Positions 1 through 7,002 of a stretch of 64,000 bases of DNA are shown here, one piece after another; the stretch's first letter is position 1, and every line of letters starts with the position of its first letter. Below the pieces are notes generated by a model. That model saw nothing but the letters and a program-made list of their open reading frames with translations. It was not told the DNA's origin and made no database searches. Source of the DNA: an uncultured Clostridia bacterium (GTDB lineage Bacteria; Bacillota; Clostridia; Oscillospirales; Ruminococcaceae); contig CANQKW010000006.1 in assembly GCA_947624555.1 (NCBI GenBank), positions 4,206 to 68,205 on the forward strand, read 5' to 3'. The position numbers were made by a program, and so were the translations under genes.

Positions 1-1014
1 TTTCATCTGAGGATATGTATATACCGTTTTGAGGAACATCAGCTTTTCGTACTCTTTGGCGTTCTGCTCAAGACCGCCCATCATCAGAAAATCATACATC
101 GCCGTAAGAACAGGCTTTACATCATCAGGCGGAAATTCTCCGCTTGTAATGCCTTCACAGAGATTTAAAGCGTCGTTTATCCGCTCATAGTCCTTCGCTT
201 TGAGCCAGACTGTCCTGTCATAGACGTAAAGCGCCCTGCAAAGCGACTCTTTTACTCTCCTGTCACAATGACAGCGCATTATGACAAGCATACTCCCCGA
301 AAGATTTTTGGCAGGCTCAGACGGACAGTTTCCCACGGCAAATCTCGTCGTTTCATGGTCAAGACGGGCAGCGTCGGTAAAAGGAGCGTTTTCAATATTA
401 AGACAATGCGCAAAAATCTCAGCGGCAGTCTGTTTCAGGTCGGGAAAACTCCGTGTAAGCTTGTCCCAAAATCCTGCCGTGTAGGACGGCGAAACATATC
501 TTCCGCCCTTTGAGAGAAACCTCTTCATTATCCCCAAAGCGTATTCCAGACCCTTTTCAGCCATATTCCAATGGTCGCGCGAGCGTATTCTGCCGATACA
601 TTCCGTCAGATACATTTCCCAATTCTCCGTATCTCTCATTCGGAGAATGCCCGATACCATCGCACCGCACCTTGCCTCAAAATCTTCGGGATACCAGTCC
701 AGAGCCTCCGAAAACAGCACAAATGCGCTGCCGAAATCCCATTTTCCCAGAAAAACCTGCGCCTCGGCACATTTTTTTCTGCACTCGTCAATGCCGTAAA
801 CGCCGTTTGCGGCATCGTCCTCGTCGATCAGATCGCTTAAATCGCTCTCCAGCACAAATTCATCGGGGATAGAGGCTTTCAAGCCCGACAAAAGCTCTTC
901 ACGGGCATCTTCAAACGAAATGTGCGTTCCGCAGCAGCAGCAAAATCCCGTTTCAAACTCGTCCTCAAGCATTATCATTCTTCCGCACTTCGGACAAACA
1001 CAGTACTGGAGCAA
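1..1014 (-). CDS. hypothetical protein with N-terminal Cys-rich zinc-ribbon-like motif; 3' end runs off the window
   Basis: Not in the ORF track because it has no in-window stop. The reverse-strand frame is open from 1014 down to base 1 (338 codons, translated by hand). TTG at 1014-1012 follows AGAGGGGGTG by about 8 nt. The product begins (M)LQYCVCPKCGRMIMLEDEFETGFCCCCGTH. The listed + strand ORFs at 268-1177 are antisense to it. No family recognised. Confidence 0.6.
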   Translation of the reverse strand, partial: MLQYCVCPKCGRMIMLEDEFETGFCCCCGTHISFEDAREELLSGLKASIPDEFVLESDLSDLIDEDDAANGVYGIDECRKKCAEAQVFLGKWDFGSAFVLFSEALDWYPEDFEARCGAMVSGILRMRDTENWEMYLTECIGRIRSRDHWNMAEKGLEYALGIMKRFLSKGGRYVSPSYTAGFWDKLTRSFPDLKQTAAEIFAHCLNIENAPFTDAARLDHETTRFAVGNCPSEPAKNLSGSMLVIMRCHCDRRVKESLCRALYVYDRTVWLKAKDYERINDALNLCEGITSGEFPPDDVKPVLTAMYDFLMMGGLEQNAKEYEKLMFLKTVYTYPQMK

Positions 1015-1104
1015 CCTTTACACCCCCTCTGAACAGTTTGCGGTTACAATATCGGCGGCAAAATTCAAATCTTCCTGCGCAGCATACGCATCTGCCGTAT
1101 ATTT

Positions 1105-1776
1105 TCAGCTCCCGATGCTCCAATCTACGGGTTGTCTGCCGTTTTGGAGCAAAAATTCGTTGGCTTTGACAAAATGACCGCAGCCGAAAAAGCCGTTATA
1201 CGCAGACAGCGGACTGGGGTGCGAGCATTGAAGTACACAATGTCGGGGATTTGTGATAAGCCTCGCCTTCGCCCTTGCAGGTGAACCCCAAAGCATAAAA
1301 ACTATCGGCTCTTTTCGGTCGTTGAGCAGTCCGATTATCCTGTCGGTAAGTATCTCCCAGCCTTGATTTCGGTGAGAATTTGCCTCTCCCTCACGCACGG
1401 TAAGCACCGTGTTGAGCAGCAAAACGCCGTGCTTAGCCCACGAAGTAAGCTCTCCGCCGGAAGGTATGGGCAGTCCCGTTTCATCATTCAGCTCCTTGAA
1501 GATATTTACCAGAGAAGGCGGCGGCTTTGTTCCCTCTCTGACCGAAAAACAAAGCCCGTGCGCCTGCCCGTAACCGTGGTAAGGGTCCTGTCCCAGAATT
1601 ACCGCTTTTACGTCCTTATAAGCGGTATACCGCAGAGCGTTGAAAATATCGTTCATAGGGGGAAAAATCCTGCGTGTTCTGTACTCGTTCACCAGAAAAC
1701 TGCGGAGTTTTTTGTAATAGTCCTTTTCCCATTCCCCCGCAAGCAGCTCGTCCCAATCGTTTCCTATATTAACCAT
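1105..1776 (-). CDS. ung: uracil-DNA glycosylase
   Basis: Carries the family-1 UDG motifs GQDPYHG and HPSPLSA. I chose the internal ATG (MVNIGNDWDELL, codon 35 of the listed ORF) because the longer ORF would overlap the upstream gene by about 110 nt. The start overlaps the upstream stop by 8 nt. Confidence 0.9.
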   Translation of the reverse strand: MVNIGNDWDELLAGEWEKDYYKKLRSFLVNEYRTRRIFPPMNDIFNALRYTAYKDVKAVILGQDPYHGYGQAHGLCFSVREGTKPPPSLVNIFKELNDETGLPIPSGGELTSWAKHGVLLLNTVLTVREGEANSHRNQGWEILTDRIIGLLNDRKEPIVFMLWGSPARAKARLITNPRHCVLQCSHPSPLSAYNGFFGCGHFVKANEFLLQNGRQPVDWSIGS

Positions 1777-2380
1777 TTTCGCTGTCCTCTTGTTTCTCGG
1801 AAGAACGGCTTTTTTCAATGTCCGAATAAACCGCATTGAGCTTTTGCATAAATTCATACGTTTCGGGGTATGCCACATCCTCTTTTAAACTGCAGTACAA
1901 GCCGTAGGTAATGAAATATTCGCCCGTGGTCATACCCTCGACAAAGGACTGCTCCTCGTTCATACTTCTGTTTTCGTAGATTATTTCGGGTTCTCCCGTT
2001 TCAGCCTCGTTTTCTTCGGTATCGGGGTCGTCCGTCGGCTCGATAACGGTTTTCTTCACACGACCCTCATTTGCCTTGAAAAAAGCGTCATAGTCCTTTA
2101 CACCGCCTATTTCCAGCCAGAAATAAACGCCGTCCGCAGCGCCGTCACGGACATCATACTCCCGTACAAATGCGTGGATATAAGCATCGCTTTCGTTTTC
2201 GGGGAAAACGACCTCAAATGCCTCCAGTATGCGGCTCTCCTCTTCATCGGAAAAGTCGGACATATCGCCCGTTTCGTATTTTACAACGTGTTTAAGACCC
2301 GTTTCGCCATTTTCGGCAGAACAGCCGCAAATGCAGACCGCAATGCACAAAGCGCAAACAGCGGAAAATATTTTTTTCAT
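1769..2380 (-). CDS. acidic lipoprotein, function unknown
   Basis: Signal peptide plus lipobox MKKIFSAVCALCIAVCICGC|S, then a D/E-rich mature part. ATG at 2380 follows AAGGTGA; the listed GTG start at 2389 lies inside that RBS. Confidence 0.75.
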   Translation of the reverse strand: MKKIFSAVCALCIAVCICGCSAENGETGLKHVVKYETGDMSDFSDEEESRILEAFEVVFPENESDAYIHAFVREYDVRDGAADGVYFWLEIGGVKDYDAFFKANEGRVKKTVIEPTDDPDTEENEAETGEPEIIYENRSMNEEQSFVEGMTTGEYFITYGLYCSLKEDVAYPETYEFMQKLNAVYSDIEKSRSSEKQEDSENG

Positions 2381-2440
2381 AAAATTCACCTTTCAGTCAG
2401 AAAGTCGGTATTCAACGGCTTAAAAGCTGTTTCAAGCATA

Positions 2441-2469
2441 ATTATAGCACAATTCTGCGAGTTTTTCAA
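2441..2469 (-). promoter_or_regulatory. sigma-A-type promoter for the lipoprotein-ung pair
   Basis: Minus strand reads TTGAAA (2469-2464), a 17-nt spacer ending in TGC (extended -10), then TATAAT (2446-2441). It lies about 60 nt upstream of the ATG at 2380. Confidence 0.5.
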
Positions 2470-2653
2470 TAAATTTCGTTGAAAACTTTGTTGCTGTTTT
2501 AACTAAAAAAACTGACAATTGTTTCAAAAGGCTGTGAATTTGCACAAACTTTTGTCGAATTTTTTACTTAAAAAATAAATTTACCCCCAACAAACCGCAT
2601 TGTAGAGCCAAATTTTTGGTTGCCTAGCATTTAGTGATTTTGACGAAAGGCAC

Positions 2654-2682
2654 TTGACAAAATGAAAATAATGTGCTATACT
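2654..2682 (+). promoter_or_regulatory. sigma-A-type promoter for the 50-aa ORF
   Basis: TTGACA (2654-2659), a 17-nt spacer ending in TGC, then TATACT (2677-2682). Confidence 0.55.
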
Positions 2683-2769
2683 GTGATTGCGAACGGAAGA
2701 TAAACAAAAAATACTGCGTTCGCTTTAACATAAATCGTAGAACAAAAGAATTAAAGGAGGAAAACGATT

Positions 2770-2922
2770 ATGAATGAAAAGCAGGTCGTTCTGTTTGACG
2801 CAGAACTTGAAAACGGTGATTATACCGCAGCTCGTGAAGTTTGCGAGAAGTTTTCCGCAGAAGAGGAAAAAGATAATGCCGAGGCTACCGCTGCAAGATT
2901 GTTTGCAATGCTGGTTGCTTGA
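2770..2922 (+). CDS. small acidic protein, 50 aa, unknown function (below the ORF-track cutoff)
   Basis: ATG at 2770 follows AAAGGAGGAAAACGATT. Product is MNEKQVVLFDAELENGDYTAAREVCEKFSAEEEKDNAEATAARLFAMLVA. TGA at 2920-2922 is followed within 10 nt by a strong terminator. A consensus promoter lies about 90 nt upstream. Confidence 0.5.
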   Translation: MNEKQVVLFDAELENGDYTAAREVCEKFSAEEEKDNAEATAARLFAMLVA

Positions 2923-2931
2923 TTTATGATG

Positions 2932-2959
2932 AGAGCCTGCTGTGCAGGCTCTTTTTTTT
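2932..2959 (+). terminator. rho-independent terminator
   Basis: AGAGCCTGC-TGT-GCAGGCTCT (9-bp stem) followed by T8. Confidence 0.75.
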
Positions 2960-3002
2960 CGTTGTACGGGAAATTAAATTTATATCGGGAGAGGAGTTTG
3001 CT

Positions 3003-3617
3003 ATGAGTGAAATAATACGTCTTACGCTGGGTTCGCTAGCGACAAACTGCTATATTATCCCTACGGGGAGCGAAAACGCAATTGTGATAGACCCTGCGTC
3101 TGCGGCGGAGGTCGAGGCGACGCTCTCCTCACGGGAAATGCGTGCAGGGGCAATATTGATTACTCATGGGCATTACGACCACTTTGCGGGGGCAGCCGGG
3201 CTGAAAAAATACTATAATGCGCCGATTTATGCGCCTGAGCTTGACAGCGAAATGTTTTCCGACAGAGATAAAAGCTGGGCGCGGTTTATGGACGGGGTCG
3301 AGTTTAAGCCGATCTTCCCCGACAAACTTTTTGAGAACGGCGAGAAATTGAATATCTGCGGCATTGAATTTACGGTAATGGGAGCGGCAGGTCATACGGC
3401 AGGGAGCTGCCTGCTGTTTTGTGAGCAGTTTGGCGCGATTTTTTCCGGAGATGTGCTTTTCAGGAACGGATGCGGAAGAACGGACGGATTTTCGGGCAGC
3501 GAGCGGCAGATGGTGCAGACATTACGGGAGATTTCGCAGATAAAAGGTGATTACACGGTCTGCACGGGCCACGGGGAAATAACGACGCTGGCAGAAGAGC
3601 AAGAGCACAGCTTATAG
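3003..3617 (+). CDS. MBL-fold metallo-hydrolase (glyoxalase II-like)
   Basis: HxHxDH motif (ITHGHYDHFAG) plus later His/Asp ligands (AAGHTAGS, CTGHG). ATG at 3003 follows GGGAGAGGAG. The listed TTG start at 2919 would run through the terminator at 2932-2959. Confidence 0.85.
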   Translation: MSEIIRLTLGSLATNCYIIPTGSENAIVIDPASAAEVEATLSSREMRAGAILITHGHYDHFAGAAGLKKYYNAPIYAPELDSEMFSDRDKSWARFMDGVEFKPIFPDKLFENGEKLNICGIEFTVMGAAGHTAGSCLLFCEQFGAIFSGDVLFRNGCGRTDGFSGSERQMVQTLREISQIKGDYTVCTGHGEITTLAEEQEHSL

Positions 3618-4290
3618 TGAATAGTGCACAGTGTATAGTGAATAGTAAGAAGTGCTGCACCTGCGGTGCAGTTATTGAAAAGAAGTTTTTTGAAGAGCCC
3701 CGAGAAACTTTTTTTCAAAAAAGTTTCTCGGGTGGGGTGTGGGGCAAAGCCCCACGAAGGGGTGTGGGGCAAAGCCCCACAAATACGTTTCAAAGGCGCT
3801 AAAGGGGCATGGTGGAAAACAAGAGTTTTCCCCCATTTTTGCGCTTGAAAAGCGCAAAACTACCCACAAGTCACTGTAAACTGCAACCGCAACGCAGTTG
3901 CGGCACTTCTTACTATTCACTGTAAACTGCAAACTGTAAAATCGGGTAGTTTTTTTTGCGGAAAATCGCTTTGTTTCTACTATCTTTATTGAAAGAAAAT
4001 ATTATCAGATTGCGGCTCGTTTTTTGCGTTCTTTGAACGCAAAAAAATGGGGGAAAACTCTTGTTTTCCCCCATACCCCTTTAGCGCCTTGGAACCGTGC
4101 CTTCGGCGACCGGAGAAACTTTTTTGAAAAAAAGTTTCTCCGGACTCTTCAAAAAACTTTTTTCTTTCAAAAAAGCATAGAGAAACAAAGTGATTTTTCC
4201 AAAGAAACTTTTTTGAAAAAAAGTTTCTCCGGGCTCTTCAAAAAACTTTTTTCTTTCAAAAAAGCACGGAGAAACAAAGTGAATTTACAG
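3618..4290. repeat. mosaic block of short palindromic (hairpin) modules, locus A
   Basis: Non-coding block of concatenated inverted repeats:
- CTGCACC-TGC-GGTGCAG at 3655-3671.
- GAGAAAC(T/A-run)GTTTCTC at 3702-3729 and 4113-4140; the copy at 4203-4229 has an AGAAAC left arm.
- GTGGGGC-AAA-GCCCCAC at 3739-3755 and 3764-3780.
- GG(T/G)GGAAAAC-4 nt-GTTTTCCCCC at 3811-3834 and 4049-4072.
- GCGCTT-GAA-AAGCGC at 3841-3855.
- GCGTTC-TTT-GAACGC at 4026-4040.
The same modules recur at 30631-31105. Confidence 0.85.
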
Positions 4291-4315
4291 TAAAAACCAA
4301 TTAGGAGGAGAAAAA

Positions 4316-4693
4316 ATGTGGGAGCAATTTGAATTTAATCCGCCATACGAGGGCAAAAAAATTAAAAAAATAAACGGAATTGCACTTCCAAAAAATTATC
4401 TGGCGTTTATGAAACATCATAACGGCGGCGAGGGTGAAACCGCAGGCGGCACGTGGCTCGTGCTGTATTCGCTTGAAGAATTGCAGGAAATGAACGACGA
4501 TTATGAAATACCCGAATTTCTCCCGGGACATATAATTATCGGCGACAACGGCGGCGGTGAATTTTTCGGGATAAACAAAAAAGGCGAATATTTTATCGTT
4601 CCGCAAATTATCGACGAGCAAAATCTTTCGGTCCTTTGCAGCGATATAAACGTTCTACCCGAAGAAATCGACAAGTTCTGGGCTGACATATAA
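4316..4693 (+). CDS. SMI1/KNR4 (SUKH-1) family protein, immunity-protein-like
   Basis: Matches the family in size (125 aa) and motifs: LPKNYLAFMKHHNGGEG near the N-terminus, then IIIGDNGGGEFFGI. RBS is TTAGGAGGAGAAAAA-ATG. Confidence 0.75.
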   Translation: MWEQFEFNPPYEGKKIKKINGIALPKNYLAFMKHHNGGEGETAGGTWLVLYSLEELQEMNDDYEIPEFLPGHIIIGDNGGGEFFGINKKGEYFIVPQIIDEQNLSVLCSDINVLPEEIDKFWADI

Positions 4694-4837
4694 AATTTCT
4701 GAGAACAGCAGAATGTTACGAAACTGCTTGAAATAATTTTTCGTTTTTTCTTTCAAAAAAGAATATTAAAACGAAGCGTTTTTTATGGAGTATTTACAAA
4801 CTTTGAGAAAAACGGGCGGTAAGACAAAAATAACGGC

Positions 4838-4866
4838 TTGACATAATGCGAGCAGAAAAGTATAAT
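4838..4866 (+). promoter_or_regulatory. sigma-A-type promoter
   Basis: TTGACA (4838-4843), a 17-nt spacer, then TATAAT (4861-4866), about 55 nt upstream of the ATG at 4922. Confidence 0.55.
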
Positions 4867-4921
4867 CATATTGTGTGCGGTTTATGCCGCAAATTTACTT
4901 ATTTTCGGGAGGATTATTGAA

Positions 4922-5257
4922 ATGGAAGACTCAAATGAAAAGGTTTACGGCATACTCGCTTACCTGGGAATACTGTTCCTCGTGCCGCTGCTTGCAGGAA
5001 AAACGCAGTTCTCAAAATACCACGCAAATCAGGGCATCGTACTGTTTATCGCAGACATAATTCTCGGTGCGGTTATCGGAATTTCGGTAGGCGTACTCAG
5101 CATTCTCGGTATCATCGGAGTGATCATCGGCAGTATCATCAGCGGAATACTCGGACTCGTAGTACTCGTACTGGTGATCATAGGAATTGTACACGCTGCA
5201 AACGGCGAAATGAAACCCCTGCCCATTATCGGCGGAATTACTATCGTAAAATACTGA
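4922..5257 (+). CDS. DUF4870-like small integral membrane protein
   Basis: Product begins MEDSNEKVYGILAYLGILFLVPLLAGKTQFSKYHANQGIVLFI, followed by Gly/Ile-rich TM segments. ATG at 4922 follows GGGAGGA. Confidence 0.7.
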   Translation: MEDSNEKVYGILAYLGILFLVPLLAGKTQFSKYHANQGIVLFIADIILGAVIGISVGVLSILGIIGVIIGSIISGILGLVVLVLVIIGIVHAANGEMKPLPIIGGITIVKY

Positions 5258-5285
5258 TACCGGCAATAAACCAAAAACAAAAAAG

Positions 5286-5308
5286 CGGCTCTTTTGAGCC
5301 GTTTTTTT
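5286..5308 (+). terminator. rho-independent terminator
   Basis: CGGCTC-TTTT-GAGCCG followed by T7. Confidence 0.7.
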
Positions 5309-5446
5309 CTGCCCCGAAAAACGTTTCCCGGAGAATTGTATGTGAAAACTGCACAAATCGCTCTGTTTACCACGGCGAAAAGCTTTGAGGAGATTTTTCT
5401 CCCGTTATTACGGGCAAATAACGATATTTTTTGTGCAAAATGCGTA

Positions 5447-5475
5447 TTGAATTTTATCCGTAAAAGAAGTAAAAT
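5447..5475 (+). promoter_or_regulatory. candidate promoter of the V-type ATPase operon
   Basis: TTGAAT, a 17-nt spacer, then TAAAAT, about 115 nt upstream of the first operon gene. Only a moderate match. Confidence 0.35.
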
Positions 5476-5589
5476 TAAACTGATAGTTTACAATTTATGT
5501 GCGTTCTTTGGACGACAGGTCAGAATATAGTTGACAATCGGCAGGAATACCGTCAACTGTACGCTGTCAGCGTCCAACAGGGGGTAAAA

Positions 5590-5898
5590 ATGGATCTACT
5601 GCGAGAAATTATTACAATAGACAAGTCCGCAGCCGAACGTGTGGAAACTGCGGTTCAAAATCAGAAACAGCGCACGGACGAGTTCGGCGAAAACGCCTCA
5701 AAAGAGCGTGAGGACGAAATCAGACAGGAACGTGCGGCTGCCGACGCTTTCAGAGAGGAACAGGAAAAAGCGCTCTCCGAAAAGAAAAGAAACGCCGAGG
5801 AAAGCCTGAAAAAACGCTGCGGCGCACTCGACGAACAGTTCAGGGAAAACGGCGAGCGTTGGAGAGCCGAGATTTTAAAGCGTATCACGGAGGAGTAA
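5590..5898 (+). CDS. small coiled-coil V/A-ATPase stalk subunit (G/H-like)
   Basis: A 102-aa charged helical protein (EREDEIRQERAAADAFREEQEKALSEKKRNAEE). It is the first gene of the operon and ends 1 nt before subunit C. ATG at 5590 follows AGGGGG. Assignment rests on position and composition only. Confidence 0.55.
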   Translation: MDLLREIITIDKSAAERVETAVQNQKQRTDEFGENASKEREDEIRQERAAADAFREEQEKALSEKKRNAEESLKKRCGALDEQFRENGERWRAEILKRITEE

Positions 5899-5899
5899 T

Positions 5900-6925
5900 A
5901 TGTTCGCTGCGAACGGCGTTACGGCTAAATGCAGGGCGGTTTTCGGGAAAAGACTTACAAAGTCGGATTATACACAGCTTGCCGCAAAGGAAAACGTGCC
6001 GCAGGTGTGCGATTATCTCAAAGCAACGCCCAGATATGAAAAAGTGCTCTCTTCGGTCAATTCGGGGGCTATCCACAGAGGACAGCTTGAAGCTCTTTTG
6101 GGAAGAGCAGCGTTTGAAATATACGAAAGTTTTCGGAAATTCGACCATACAAAAAGCTGCGAATACTTTGATTTTATAGTAGAGCGTCTGGAAATAGGAC
6201 AGCTTGTTTCGGCGATAGGCGCAATTTATGCGGGCGGAGCAGATGATTTTATCGCCGCCGTGCCTATGTATCTCAACAGGCATACCAAAACGGACCTTAC
6301 AGAGCTTGGAAGAGCGAAAAATCTCTCGGAGGCGGCAGCGCTGCTTGAAAACACACGCTATATAAAGGTCCTGCGAGAGCCGCTGACAAATGCTGCACAG
6401 ACGGGAAAACTCGATATAGGTGAGATAGAACGGGGTCTTATCAACGATTATTATTTCAGACTGCTCAGATACGCTCAGAAGAGCTTTCGGGGCAGCGAGA
6501 AAAAGGAATTTAAGCGTGCCGTTCTTCGGTCGATAGATATGGAAAACGTAGTGACGCTGTACAGAAGAGCAAGGTTCAATGCCTCGGCGGACAGCGTGAA
6601 AAAGACGCTTATTCCGTTTAAGTACCGACTTAGCGACAGCATTATCGAAAAGCTCGTTTCGGAAGAGGATATAGATGTCCTTGAGAAAAAGCTGGAAGAG
6701 ATTGGCTACCGCAGCAGCGGCGAAAGCGGCACGGTAGAACAGCTTACCGAAAATATAAGCCGAAAATTCTACGAAAATGCGCTGCATATGTCAAGCTATG
6801 CCTCGGTAACGTACTTTGCGCTTACAGAAAGTCTTTACGCAGAGCTTAGAAATCTCAGGACGGTCATTGAAGGCGTAAGATACGGACTTGACGGAGAAGA
6901 AATCGTTAAAATGCTGATAATATGA
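5900..6925 (+). CDS. ntpC: V-type ATP synthase subunit C (d-type)
   Basis: A 341-aa all-helical protein in operon context, with the C-terminal NLRTVIEGVRYGL pattern typical of this subunit. Confidence 0.8.
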   Translation: MFAANGVTAKCRAVFGKRLTKSDYTQLAAKENVPQVCDYLKATPRYEKVLSSVNSGAIHRGQLEALLGRAAFEIYESFRKFDHTKSCEYFDFIVERLEIGQLVSAIGAIYAGGADDFIAAVPMYLNRHTKTDLTELGRAKNLSEAAALLENTRYIKVLREPLTNAAQTGKLDIGEIERGLINDYYFRLLRYAQKSFRGSEKKEFKRAVLRSIDMENVVTLYRRARFNASADSVKKTLIPFKYRLSDSIIEKLVSEEDIDVLEKKLEEIGYRSSGESGTVEQLTENISRKFYENALHMSSYASVTYFALTESLYAELRNLRTVIEGVRYGLDGEEIVKMLII

Positions 6926-7002
6926 CTATCGGCAGCGGACAGTCCGCCGTATAATATACACTATAAACTGTGAAACGGGGTGTTTTTTTGGGAATAGAGA
7001 AA

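Noticed and set aside
268-1177. Five + strand ORFs at the left edge of the window
   Set aside because: All are antisense to a continuous 338-codon minus-strand frame with a good RBS and TTG start at 1014. Their translations are Arg/Pro/Ser-rich nonsense.
3617-4293. Several 60-90-aa ORFs (3617-3802, 3666-3848, 3672-3932, 4024-4293) and the possibility of a CRISPR array
   Set aside because: The ORFs lie wholly in palindromic repeats, read equally well on both strands, and lack RBSs. The region is not CRISPR: the repeats are of several different kinds, many are self-complementary, spacing is irregular, there are no unique spacers of constant length, and there are no cas genes.
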